Shown here piece by piece: positions 1 through 9,303 of a DNA stretch of 64,000 nt; positions within the stretch are counted from its first letter, which is position 1, and each line of letters starts with the position of its first letter. The DNA is from Bryobacteraceae bacterium (GTDB lineage: Bacteria; Acidobacteriota; Terriglobia; Bryobacterales; Bryobacteraceae). The stretch spans positions 9,636-73,635 of the forward strand of contig JBPCLH010000070.1 of the NCBI GenBank assembly GCA_051003475.1, in the 5' to 3' direction. Both the position numbers and the translations under genes were made by a program. The notes beneath the pieces are model-generated. The model searched no databases and had not been told where the DNA came from. It saw only the letters and a program-made list of their open reading frames with translations.

Positions 1-427
<427 letters not shown>

Positions 428-452
428 CTAATAGACAATTAGAACAGACGAT

Positions 453-1739
453 ATGAATGAACAGCGCCGTATGGCCAGGCCTTTATCCGAGACGGACCCC
501 GAGATCTACGAAGCGATCCAGCACGAAGTTGACCGTCAGAATACGCGGCTCGAACTGATTGCAAGCGAGAACTTCACATCGGAAGGCGTGCTCGAGGCAA
601 CCGGGAGCGTCTTTACCAATAAATACGCGGAAGGATATCCGGGCAAGCGCTATTACGGGGGGTGTGAATTCACGGATGTCGTGGAAAATCTCGCGCGTGA
701 GCGCGCCAAGAAGTTATTTAATGCCGAATACGTCAATGTGCAACCCCATTCGGGTTCGCAGGCGAATGAAGCGGCTTACGCTTCAGTGCTCCAGCCTGGC
801 GACACCATACTCGGCATGAACCTGGCGCATGGCGGGCATCTGACGCACGGTCATCCCCTAAATTTTTCCGGCAAGCTTTACAGAGTGATCGCCTACGGCG
901 TGCGGCGCGAAAACGAACTGATCGATTATGACGAGGTCGCGCGACTCGCTGAGGAGCACAAACCGAAGATGATCATCGCGGGAGCCAGCGCTTACTCGCG
1001 TGTCATTGACTTCGCTCGGTTTCGCGAAATCGCTGACGCAGTTGGCGCCGTCTTTGTGGTTGATATGGCTCACTACTCTGGTCTGATTGCCGCGGGTATC
1101 TACCCCAATCCTTGCGAGCACGCCGATATCGTGACTTCGACGACACACAAGACCTTGCGAGGGCCGCGTTCGGGCATTATTTTCGCCAAGGAGAAGTTTG
1201 GGGCAGCAATCGACAGAGCTGTTTTTCCAGGAGCGCAAGGCGGCCCATTGGTACACGTGATTGCGGCCAAGGCGGTGTGTTTCCTCGAAGCGCTTTCGGA
1301 AGAGTTTCGCACGTATCAGCGGCAGGTATTGGCGAACGCGCAGGCACTCGCAGCATCTCTCGAACGCGAAGGTTTCCGGGTCGTGAGCGGTGGGACTGAC
1401 TCCCATATGTTTCTAATTGACGTTTTCGCGAAGGGCCTGAAGGGGAAAGACGCCGAGAAGAGCCTGGATAACGCGTACGTCACGGCAAACAAGAATGCTA
1501 TTCCTTTTGATACAAACCCGCCGCTGAATCCCAGCGGTATCCGTCTGGGAAGTCCCGCCGTGACAACGCGCGGTTTCCGCGAATCCGAGATGACGGAAAT
1601 CGGAAAACTCGTCGCATACGTCCTTAACAACGTGAAGTCAGAGGAAGCAATTGCCGAAGCGCGCAGACGTGTGGGAGCACTTACTGAAAAATTTCCACTC
1701 TATGCATGGAAACAGCAACTGGCTACTGTCGCGCAGTGA
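453..1739 (+). CDS. glyA: Serine hydroxymethyltransferase
   Basis: 428 aa. Contains [29 protein letters not shown] and the [15 protein letters not shown]-lysine motif. The start could instead be the second ATG at 471. Confidence 0.95.
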   Translation: MNEQRRMARPLSETDPEIYEAIQHEVDRQNTRLELIASENFTSEGVLEATGSVFTNKYAEGYPGKRYYGGCEFTDVVENLARERAKKLFNAEYVNVQPHSGSQANEAAYASVLQPGDTILGMNLAHGGHLTHGHPLNFSGKLYRVIAYGVRRENELIDYDEVARLAEEHKPKMIIAGASAYSRVIDFARFREIADAVGAVFVVDMAHYSGLIAAGIYPNPCEHADIVTSTTHKTLRGPRSGIIFAKEKFGAAIDRAVFPGAQGGPLVHVIAAKAVCFLEALSEEFRTYQRQVLANAQALAASLEREGFRVVSGGTDSHMFLIDVFAKGLKGKDAEKSLDNAYVTANKNAIPFDTNPPLNPSGIRLGSPAVTTRGFRESEMTEIGKLVAYVLNNVKSEEAIAEARRRVGALTEKFPLYAWKQQLATVAQ

Positions 1740-1783
1740 CATGCTGCCGATGCTCCGGGTGTGAGCGGGCGAACAGAACTGAA

Positions 1784-2632
1784 TTAGGATGTCCGGGTGC
1801 GCGCGATTTCAGGAGCTTCTTCGATCGGGCGTTGCAAAGCACGTTCCGGCTCGAGATAGTAGCGCGTCAGATCCTCTTTAAGGATGTGTAGAGCAGCTTC
1901 CGGAGTATCAACGAAACGAAACAGGGTCAGGTCTTGCTCAGAGATAACGCCATATTTTACGAGAGCTTCAAAATTCAAGATCTCCTTCCAAAACTCAGAG
2001 CCATAGAGAACGATCAGGATTTTGCTCTCGAGCTTTCGAGTTTGGGCAAGGGTCAGGATTTCCATCAGCTCGTCAAGCGTGCCAAACCCGCCTGGAAAGA
2101 CAACCAAAGCCTTTGCGAGGTAAGCAAACCAGAACTTGCGCATAAAGAAGTATTGGAATTCGAAGCATAGGTCCGGGGTAATGAACGGGTTTGGACGCTG
2201 TTCGAAAGGCAGACCGATATTCAAGCCGATCGTTTTTCCGCCTGCATCGCTCGCCCCTCGATTCGCGGCTTCCATGATGCCCGGCCCGCCACCTGAGCAT
2301 ACGACGAAGCGCAGGCGCGGCTCGGCACAGGCCTCGGGTTCAGAAATCGATGCTGCCCATTCGGTGATGAGACGGGCCAGCCCACGCGCTTCGCGGTAAT
2401 ACCGGCCGAGAGGTCCATCTTCTTCGATGCGAGCAGAGCCGAAAAAGACGATAGTATCCTGTATTCTCTCGTCCTGAAAGTGCGCCAGCGGCCATAGGTA
2501 TTCGGATAGGATCCGCAGCGGACGCGATTCCGGACTCCGAAGAAAAGCCTCCTCGCGATAGGCGACGGGACGGCGGAATCCTTCCAGCCGGGAGCTCGTG
2601 ACGTCCGAGCTTTCGTCTTTGTCGTACGGCAA
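1784..2632 (-). CDS. LOG-family (TIGR00730-type) nucleotide phosphoribohydrolase-like protein with an N-terminal extension
   Basis: Shows the LOG signatures GGGPGIMEAANRGA and PGGFGTLDELMEILT. At 282 aa it is longer than a minimal LOG protein. Confidence 0.8.
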   Translation of the reverse strand: MPYDKDESSDVTSSRLEGFRRPVAYREEAFLRSPESRPLRILSEYLWPLAHFQDERIQDTIVFFGSARIEEDGPLGRYYREARGLARLITEWAASISEPEACAEPRLRFVVCSGGGPGIMEAANRGASDAGGKTIGLNIGLPFEQRPNPFITPDLCFEFQYFFMRKFWFAYLAKALVVFPGGFGTLDELMEILTLAQTRKLESKILIVLYGSEFWKEILNFEALVKYGVISEQDLTLFRFVDTPEAALHILKEDLTRYYLEPERALQRPIEEAPEIARTRTS

Positions 2633-2669
2633 TGCTTCGATTGTCGCATCGGATTGTTAAAATCCCGTT

Positions 2670-3617
2670 GTGTCTTCGGCCCCAGACAAACCAATCCAGC
2701 TTATGCCGATGTTTCGAGAGCGCATCTGGGGGCGCGAGAATTTGGCGCCCTTCTTTCCGGTTACACCTCGCGGTGAACATATAGGCGAGGTCTGGTTCAC
2801 GGTTGAGGAAAACCTCACTTCACTGAATCGAACTTTAGGGCAGTTGATAAAAGATCATCCAGAAATATTAGGAAGCGGCGCGAACCCGCAGCATCCAGGC
2901 ATTTGCCCCCTGCTGGTGAAACTGATCTTCACGAAGAGTCGGCTCTCCGTCCAGGTGCATCCGGACGACGACTACGCGCAAAAACATCACCAGAGCTTAG
3001 GAAAAACAGAAGCTTGGTATATCGTAGAAGCTAATCCGCTGGGGAAAATAGCGTTAGGATTTCGGGAAAGTCTCTCGCGGGAGAAGTTGCGGGAGGCGGC
3101 ACATTCGGGCGAGATTGAGAAATTGCTTAATTGGCGAAACGTTACGCAGGGAGAGATCGTATATGTTCCAGCCGGAACGGTGCACGCAATCGGCGAAGGC
3201 TTGACTCTCTGCGAAGTCCAAGAGAATTCGGATCTCACTTACCGGCTCTACGATTTTGGACGCGGGCGCGAACTTCATCTGGATTATGCCTTGAACGTCG
3301 CTCACATGCGGCCTCACAATCAGGAAGCAAAGCCTGTACCGCTCGCGGATTGGCGGGACGATCTGGTTTCTTGCCCTCACTTCCGTATGGAGCGGCTGAA
3401 GCCCAAGCCATCCATTCGAATTGAGCGTGGATTGCCATATTATCTGCTGCTGCTTTGCGTGAAGGGTGCAGGGACGATTGCGCAAGAAGAGTTCACGGCC
3501 GGGCAAGCGTGGCTTTTGCCTGCGGGAGGCGAAAAAATTTCTCTGGATGGGCCGGGTTCAGAATGGATTCTTGCCTATACTGCCGAGCGCGCCGCGGCGG
3601 GGTTGCACGGCGAATAG
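2670..3617 (+). CDS. manA: Type I mannose-6-phosphate isomerase
   Basis: 315 aa. Contains FRERIWGRENL, SVQVHPDDDYA, GKTEAWYI and the YVPAGTVHAIG cupin motifs typical of the Bacillus-type ManA. Confidence 0.85.
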   Translation: MSSAPDKPIQLMPMFRERIWGRENLAPFFPVTPRGEHIGEVWFTVEENLTSLNRTLGQLIKDHPEILGSGANPQHPGICPLLVKLIFTKSRLSVQVHPDDDYAQKHHQSLGKTEAWYIVEANPLGKIALGFRESLSREKLREAAHSGEIEKLLNWRNVTQGEIVYVPAGTVHAIGEGLTLCEVQENSDLTYRLYDFGRGRELHLDYALNVAHMRPHNQEAKPVPLADWRDDLVSCPHFRMERLKPKPSIRIERGLPYYLLLLCVKGAGTIAQEEFTAGQAWLLPAGGEKISLDGPGSEWILAYTAERAAAGLHGE

Positions 3618-3620
3618 GGA

Positions 3621-4505
3621 TCAGTGCAGGAAAGCGCGAACGAGCAAGGCGACTTTGGTCGGTGCGGGAACATTCAGTCGTCGGCGGCTCAGGACAGAAT
3701 AGTTGGATTTTTCGATCCTCAATAATAGCCGGAGGTAAATCTCGCGGAGAGCCCAGAGGGAGCGCCGGCTTTTTTTCGTCACCAGATCAGAAAGCTCAAC
3801 TGATTCGTCATAGTAGCCGCGAGCACGAATCGCCTCGAAGCGCATGAGCTCGCGAAAGCGATCGTCTTCCTTGCCCGAACGCAGCTGATCGACCGGCACG
3901 CAGAAGCGGTCAAGGTCTTCGCGCGGCAGATAGACGCGATCGGCTTCAGCGTCCTCTCGAACATCACGCAGGATGTTAGTCAGTTGAAAGGCAACACCGC
4001 ACTTTTCTGCGAGGAGCAGCGCCTTTACCGATTCGAATCCGAAGATATGGACGATGGTAAGTCCGACCACAGATGCAACTTGATAGCAATATCGATAGAG
4101 TTCATCGAATGTCTGTACCTGCCTTGGCTCAAGATCAGACATGATGCCGTCGATCATCTCGTGAAAAAAACGGTGCGGAATAGAGTACCGCTCGATCGTG
4201 TCATGAAAAGCAGGCCAGATCGGATTTCCCTGGACATCGCCCGAGAGAGCGCCATTGAGCTGCATGCGCCATTCGGCGATGCTTTGGTGCAGCTTAGCTT
4301 TATCGGGTGTAGCGGGACTGTCACTCAAATCGTCGCAGTGACGCATGAACGCGTAAATCGCACACATGGCGTCGCGCTGAGGCCTTTCAAGAAGAAGAAA
4401 CGAATAATAAAAATTTCTGGCCCGCTTCCGCGCTATTCGTTTGCAGTATCGATACGAGTCCTCGACCGGGCCAGTGGTCAAAGCGGAAGCAGCCGCGGAA
4501 GGCAT
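3621..4505 (-). CDS. hpnD: Presqualene diphosphate synthase (squalene/phytoene synthase family, HpnD-type)
   Basis: 294 aa. Contains SFYYSFLLLERPQRDAMCAIYAFMRHCDDLSD and a second Asp-rich region (NILRDVREDAEADRVYLP). It is the last gene of the hopanoid operon and overlaps hpnC by 28 nt. Confidence 0.85.
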   Translation of the reverse strand: MPSAAASALTTGPVEDSYRYCKRIARKRARNFYYSFLLLERPQRDAMCAIYAFMRHCDDLSDSPATPDKAKLHQSIAEWRMQLNGALSGDVQGNPIWPAFHDTIERYSIPHRFFHEMIDGIMSDLEPRQVQTFDELYRYCYQVASVVGLTIVHIFGFESVKALLLAEKCGVAFQLTNILRDVREDAEADRVYLPREDLDRFCVPVDQLRSGKEDDRFRELMRFEAIRARGYYDESVELSDLVTKKSRRSLWALREIYLRLLLRIEKSNYSVLSRRRLNVPAPTKVALLVRAFLH

Positions 4506-5422
4506 TGGAGAAGAATACCAACGCGCTCCGCTTTTGAAATGTGCGGGCGGCGGTGAAGAACGTTGAAGCCCTGATTCCTGATTTTCTGCAGGATTTTCAT
4601 GCCGCCGCGGCTAAATAGCTCGAGATCAAGAGCGAGATGCCGATCGACCATCTTGATCAGCGGCAGACCTTCGCGAAAAAGATCTTCAGCTACGCGCACA
4701 GCGTCGCGCATGACTCTCTCAAACCGATCGTCGTGCTTCAGCGCGAATAGCTCCTCGACGGTGTAACGGTAACTGGAAAGCAGGTCGAGTGGCAAATAGA
4801 CACGATTTTTGTTCAGATCGACGGTTACGTCTTGCCAGAAGTTCGCGAGCTGAAGAGCGGTGCAGGTGTAATCGGAGAACTGTTGCCGCTCGGAGTCGCG
4901 GTAGCCGCGGAGATATAAAACGAGGTGGCCCACAGGATTGGCCGAGTTGACGCAATACCCGAACACGTCATCGAAGGTCTGATAACGCGTCACGGTCTGA
5001 TCTTGTTCGAAGGCGCGAATTAGACGGTCGAAGGGCTCCATTGGGATATCGTGGTGGTTCACGGTACCGCTGAGGGCTATAAAGACCGGATGCGAGGCCT
5101 CTCCGCCATACATCGCCTGCAGTTCGCTGCGCCACCAGGCAAGCAGGCGCAGGCTCTCCTGGGGGTCGCCGATTTCATCACCAAGATCATCGGCCCATCG
5201 GCAAAAGGCGTAGACATTGTAGAAGTCCTGGTGCAGATGCTTCGGGAGAAGAAAACTCACCACGTGAAAGTTTTCGTAGTGGTGAGTGGCTAGCCAACGT
5301 GTATAGGCGAACGCCTCGGGCTCTAAATGCCGCGCTTCCGAAGAGGCGGTTTCGCCAGGAGACATCTGCCGGATGTACTCCTTAGGCTGTAAATGTGCGA
5401 TTGCCACGTCTGCTCGCGTCAC
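4478..5422 (-). CDS. hpnC: Hydroxysqualene synthase (squalene synthase family, HpnC-type)
   Basis: 314 aa. Contains YENFHVVSFLLPKHL..YAFCRWADDLGDE and NFWQDVTVDLNKNRVYLP. The GTG start forms a GTGA overlap with the stop of the upstream dehydrogenase. Confidence 0.85.
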   Translation of the reverse strand: MTRADVAIAHLQPKEYIRQMSPGETASSEARHLEPEAFAYTRWLATHHYENFHVVSFLLPKHLHQDFYNVYAFCRWADDLGDEIGDPQESLRLLAWWRSELQAMYGGEASHPVFIALSGTVNHHDIPMEPFDRLIRAFEQDQTVTRYQTFDDVFGYCVNSANPVGHLVLYLRGYRDSERQQFSDYTCTALQLANFWQDVTVDLNKNRVYLPLDLLSSYRYTVEELFALKHDDRFERVMRDAVRVAEDLFREGLPLIKMVDRHLALDLELFSRGGMKILQKIRNQGFNVLHRRPHISKAERVGILLQCLPRLLPL

Positions 5423-6465
5423 GGAAGGATGGCAGTCTTGATCTGGCCGTTCCGGTGGTGTGCGAGGTCGCTCAACACCTGAGGAAGGCGGCTGAGCGGT
5501 TCTTCGTGATTGACGATGTGACCGGCCGTGACAGTGCCGTCGGCAATCACTTCGAGCGCCCGGCGGATGTGGTCAGGCGTGTGATGAAAAGTGGCTTTGC
5601 AAGTAATTTCAGAGTAGTGCAGCAGATCGGTGTTGAGAGCCACTCTAGTTCCAGTGGGACATCCCCCGAAGAAATTAACGGTGCCGCCCTTGCGAACCAG
5701 TTGAGTGGCCAACTCCCAGGCTTGAGGATGACCGATGGCTTCTATCACGACATCAGCGCCGCGCCGACCTGTACGAGCGCGCACCTCCGAAACGACGGCA
5801 GCATCATCGCCCATGAGCACACCTTCAGCGGCGCCGAGCATCAAGGCGCGATCCACTTGCTCGAGACGGCGCGCAATGGCGATGACCCGGGCACCAAAGG
5901 CCCATTTCGCAAGCCGCACGAACATCAGGCCAATGGGCCCGAGACCCATAACGGCGATGGTGTCACCGGGCTGAACGTTACTTTCATGGAGGCCGCGCAA
6001 AACACAAGCAAGCGGCTCGACGAGAGCAGCATCTTTGTACGCGAGCTGGTTGGGTATGGCGTACGTGTTGGTTCGAACGATACGTTCCGGCAAGCGCATG
6101 AACTCCGCATAGGCTCCGTTGTTGAACAGGAGATCTTCGCAAAGGTTTTGCTGATTGTGGCGGCAGAAAAAGCATCGATCGCAGGGAGCGGAGTTGGCGG
6201 CTACAATGCGCTGTCCCACGCGGAATTTTGTTATGCCCTCGCCGACGGCCACAATGTCGCCAGCCATCTCATGACCGAAGAGCGCCGGCGGAATAATCAT
6301 CTTGGCGTGGTACCCACGCAGAAAAACCTTTACGTCCGTCCCACAGGTGAGCGCCGTGCGGACGCGAATAAGCAGTTCGCCAAAACCAACAGGCGGTACG
6401 GGCACGGACTCAAGTCGAACGTCTTCCTTGCCATAAAGAACGGCCGCTTGCATGCTATGTCCCAT
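5419..6465 (-). CDS. Zn-dependent medium-chain (MDR) alcohol/polyol dehydrogenase
   Basis: 348 aa. Catalytic-Zn region LTCGTDVK / GHEMAG, structural-Zn cysteines CDRCFFCRHNQQNLC, Rossmann motif VMGLGPIGL. An alternative start (MQAAVLYG) lies at 6453. It shares a 1-nt TAATG overlap with the upstream paralogue. Confidence 0.85.
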   Translation of the reverse strand: MGHSMQAAVLYGKEDVRLESVPVPPVGFGELLIRVRTALTCGTDVKVFLRGYHAKMIIPPALFGHEMAGDIVAVGEGITKFRVGQRIVAANSAPCDRCFFCRHNQQNLCEDLLFNNGAYAEFMRLPERIVRTNTYAIPNQLAYKDAALVEPLACVLRGLHESNVQPGDTIAVMGLGPIGLMFVRLAKWAFGARVIAIARRLEQVDRALMLGAAEGVLMGDDAAVVSEVRARTGRRGADVVIEAIGHPQAWELATQLVRKGGTVNFFGGCPTGTRVALNTDLLHYSEITCKATFHHTPDHIRRALEVIADGTVTAGHIVNHEEPLSRLPQVLSDLAHHRNGQIKTAILP

Positions 6466-7517
6466 TACACAGTCTCCTGTGGATGAACGACAACTTTAAG
6501 TGAACGCTCAGTTGGATGCTGTGCAATCGCCATGCCGCGCTCGATTTCCTCGAGAGGAACGCGGTGCGAAATAAGCTGATCGAGCGGCAATTCCCCGCTG
6601 AAGACGAGGCGGGCAGATTCAGCCTGAAGATCGACGTCCGCGCTGTAGGAACCAAGAAGAACACGCTCACCCACGCAGACGTCTGCGCCGGAGATTTCGA
6701 TACGTTCTGTTGCGGAAGTTTGGGCAAACAGTAACACTTTTGCGCCTGGGCGAGAGACACGTAGAGCCTGTTCAACAACTCCCGGCGCGTTGGTAGCCAC
6801 AATCACAGCGTCGGCACCATGGCCATCAGTTTGAGCTTTACTGGCCATCTCGAACCCGGGCTCGCGAGGATCGAGAGCGAAAGCGCCAAACCGTTCGGAA
6901 AGATTTCGCCGGAATTCGATCGCATCGGTGGCCAGAACCGTTGTTCCGAGGCGCTTCGCCAACATTGTAAAGATAAGGCCGATAGGTCCCTGGCCCAGAA
7001 TTGCCACGCGGTCGCCCCACCGTAAACCGAGCAGCTTAATCGCTTTGAGGCAAGTATTCACTGGTTCAACCCAGCAGGCGTGATCGAAAGATACATCGTC
7101 GGGAATAATCTCGATGCCGTGATCTACAACCCAGTCCATCACGCAAACGTATTGCGAGAAACCGCCGCCGGCAGGTTCGTAGCCAGCAGTTACACCCACT
7201 TTCTTGTACACCGGACACTGGGCGTAGAGCCGGCGATCGCAGTAGAAGCAATCGCCGCAGGGTATATGGTGGAAGACAATCACACGATCGCCAGGGGCGT
7301 ATTTTGTGACCTGGGCGCCAACGGCTGCGATTACCCCGGCAGTTTCGTGGCCGTAAATGCGCGGCGGGGGGAGGAGGTTGTGCTCGATTTTTTTGAGATC
7401 GGTATGACAGATGCCGCAACTCTCAACCCTGATCAGAATTTCGCCCTGCCCAATGCGCGGGGTCTCTACAGATTCGAGGGAGATTCGGCCGGATCCGCGA
7501 TAAACGGCTGCTCTCAT
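6465..7517 (-). CDS. Zn-dependent medium-chain (MDR) alcohol/polyol dehydrogenase, second copy
   Basis: Contains CGICHTDLK, GHETAG, CGDCFYCDRRLYAQC and ILGQGPIGL. I trimmed the tracked 404-aa ORF to the internal ATG at 7517 (MRAAVYRGSG...). This is the usual MDR N-terminus and it removes the overlap with hpnG. Confidence 0.8.
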   Translation of the reverse strand: MRAAVYRGSGRISLESVETPRIGQGEILIRVESCGICHTDLKKIEHNLLPPPRIYGHETAGVIAAVGAQVTKYAPGDRVIVFHHIPCGDCFYCDRRLYAQCPVYKKVGVTAGYEPAGGGFSQYVCVMDWVVDHGIEIIPDDVSFDHACWVEPVNTCLKAIKLLGLRWGDRVAILGQGPIGLIFTMLAKRLGTTVLATDAIEFRRNLSERFGAFALDPREPGFEMASKAQTDGHGADAVIVATNAPGVVEQALRVSRPGAKVLLFAQTSATERIEISGADVCVGERVLLGSYSADVDLQAESARLVFSGELPLDQLISHRVPLEEIERGMAIAQHPTERSLKVVVHPQETV

Positions 7518-7533
7518 GACGCAGGGTATTGCA

Positions 7534-8286
7534 TCATTCGGCGAGAGCAACCTCTGACTTCGGCCTAATTCGACAACTGACAAGAAAGCCCCCCAACGCC
7601 TTTGCCGCAACCGTGCTGCGCCGTTTCCAATGAAGTAGCTGTGGAAGCAACTTTGGATGCGTGAGTGCGTGTACTCCAATTTTCACACGCCGGATGCGGC
7701 CGTCTGGGGTCCGCATGCTATTTATATCGAGGGGAAAGGATTCATCGGCGCGATCGGATACCACTTTAATGGAGTAGAAAGGTAGTCCCGCTCGCTTTGC
7801 GCGGGCTGCGATACCGCCAGCTTCCATGTCGATTGCGAGGCCGCCGCGGTCTCGGAGCTGCTGTTTCTCGTCAGCGTAGTTGGCAACGCGGTCATGCGAA
7901 AGTAGAAGTCCGGAAATAAAAGGAGTGTCGGCATCGACGATGCCGCAATCGAAGGTCGCATTCGCATCCAGATCAAGAAGTTCGGTAGCTACAACGATCT
8001 GGCACTCGCGGAGATTCGGATCGAGCGCTCCGCAGAAGCCGGTACTGACAACTGCCTCCAGCTTTGAAGACGAGAGTTCCGCGCCAGTAACAGCCCGGAT
8101 AGCAATCTCCACAGCCTGGGCGGCAAGTCTGGGACCCGCACCGTTTGCAACGAGCATGACGCGACGGCCCTCCCAGACGCCTTCGAAAGCGTAATCGAGA
8201 GGCCATTTGAGTTTTCGAACGCCAGTAAGCAAGGCGGCGAAAGGCTCAAGCTCCATTGCATCCGAGGCTACGTAGAGGATCGCCAT
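7534..8286 (-). CDS. hpnG: Hopanoid-associated nucleosidase/phosphorylase (PNP_UDP_1 family)
   Basis: 250 aa. Contains VSTGFCGALDP and GLAIDMEAGGIA, motifs of the MTA/SAH-nucleosidase fold. It lies between hpnA and the rest of the hopanoid genes. Confidence 0.8.
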   Translation of the reverse strand: MAILYVASDAMELEPFAALLTGVRKLKWPLDYAFEGVWEGRRVMLVANGAGPRLAAQAVEIAIRAVTGAELSSSKLEAVVSTGFCGALDPNLRECQIVVATELLDLDANATFDCGIVDADTPFISGLLLSHDRVANYADEKQQLRDRGGLAIDMEAGGIAARAKRAGLPFYSIKVVSDRADESFPLDINSMRTPDGRIRRVKIGVHALTHPKLLPQLLHWKRRSTVAAKALGGFLVSCRIRPKSEVALAE

Positions 8287-8307
8287 TTTATGGGGTGCTC
8301 AGATTGA

Positions 8308-9282
8308 CTAGCAGTATCCGTTTGCACGGAACCAGTCGATGGCGCGCCTGAGTGCGGCGTCAGCGGGAGCGGGTGAGAAGCCCAATTCCCGGACGGCTTT
8401 AGCGTGCGTCACGAACATCTTTTTGCGTGCCATGCGGACGCCCTCAAGCGGCGCTATTGGTTCTCGACCGGTGATGTTAGCCCAGGTTGTCGTAATCACG
8501 CCCGTTGCATAGGCTAACGCATACGGGACCTTCAGTGCCGGAGCCGGCTTATTTGCGAGGAGTCCCAGCTGCTTGAGGATTTGCTCGAATGTCAGGTTCT
8601 CTGAACCAAGGATGTAGCGTTCACCCTGACGGCCGTGCTCGGCTGCGAGGAGATGGCCCAGAGCGGTGTCGCGAACATCCACGAGGTTGAGGCCCGTATT
8701 GACAAAGCCGGGGAGTTTGTCGCGCAGAAAGTCGAGGATGATTTTGCCAGTGGGGGTGGGCTTCCAATCGCGATCTCCGACCGGGGCAGTGGGATTCACA
8801 ATCACGACGGGAAGACCGGCGCGCGCCTTTTCAAGAGCGATTTGCTCGGCAAGCCACTTTGAGCGCTTATAGTGACCGGCCATATCCGTTATGGAAACCG
8901 GCGTATCTTCGTCGCCCAGCGAGTTTCGTGGCATGCCGATGCAGCCAACAGTGCTGGTATACACAATGCGCTCGACACCCGCATGGGCGGCAGCTTCCAA
9001 AACGTTACGGGTGCCGTCCACGTTCGAGCGGTACAGTTCTTCGGGATGTCTGGACCACAGCCTGTAATCGGCAGCCACATGGAAGACCAATTGGCAGCCC
9101 GCGACAGCCCGGGAAAGCGATTCGGGATCGCGCAGGTCGCCCGTGACACGCTCCACTTCGAGTTCACGAATCTGACTAGTGGGACGGCACAAGGCGCGCA
9201 CGCGATGGCCGCGTTCCGTAAGCGCACGGGCAACGTGCCAACCCAAAAAACCGCTGGCACCGGTGACTAACGTGACAGGCAA
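8308..9282 (-). CDS. hpnA: Hopanoid-associated NAD-dependent sugar epimerase/dehydratase family protein
   Basis: 324 aa. N-terminal VTGASGFLGWHV Rossmann motif and the YKRSK catalytic YxxxK. Sits in hopanoid operon context. Confidence 0.8.
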   Translation of the reverse strand: MPVTLVTGASGFLGWHVARALTERGHRVRALCRPTSQIRELEVERVTGDLRDPESLSRAVAGCQLVFHVAADYRLWSRHPEELYRSNVDGTRNVLEAAAHAGVERIVYTSTVGCIGMPRNSLGDEDTPVSITDMAGHYKRSKWLAEQIALEKARAGLPVVIVNPTAPVGDRDWKPTPTGKIILDFLRDKLPGFVNTGLNLVDVRDTALGHLLAAEHGRQGERYILGSENLTFEQILKQLGLLANKPAPALKVPYALAYATGVITTTWANITGREPIAPLEGVRMARKKMFVTHAKAVRELGFSPAPADAALRRAIDWFRANGYC

Positions 9283-9303
9283 TAGGTCAAATGGCGTCGC
9301 GTT

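Noticed and set aside
6465-7679. Full 404-aa version of the second dehydrogenase ORF
   Set aside because: The extra 54 N-terminal residues have no MDR counterpart and would overlap hpnG by about 150 nt. The internal ATG at 7517 gives the canonical MRAAVY... start.
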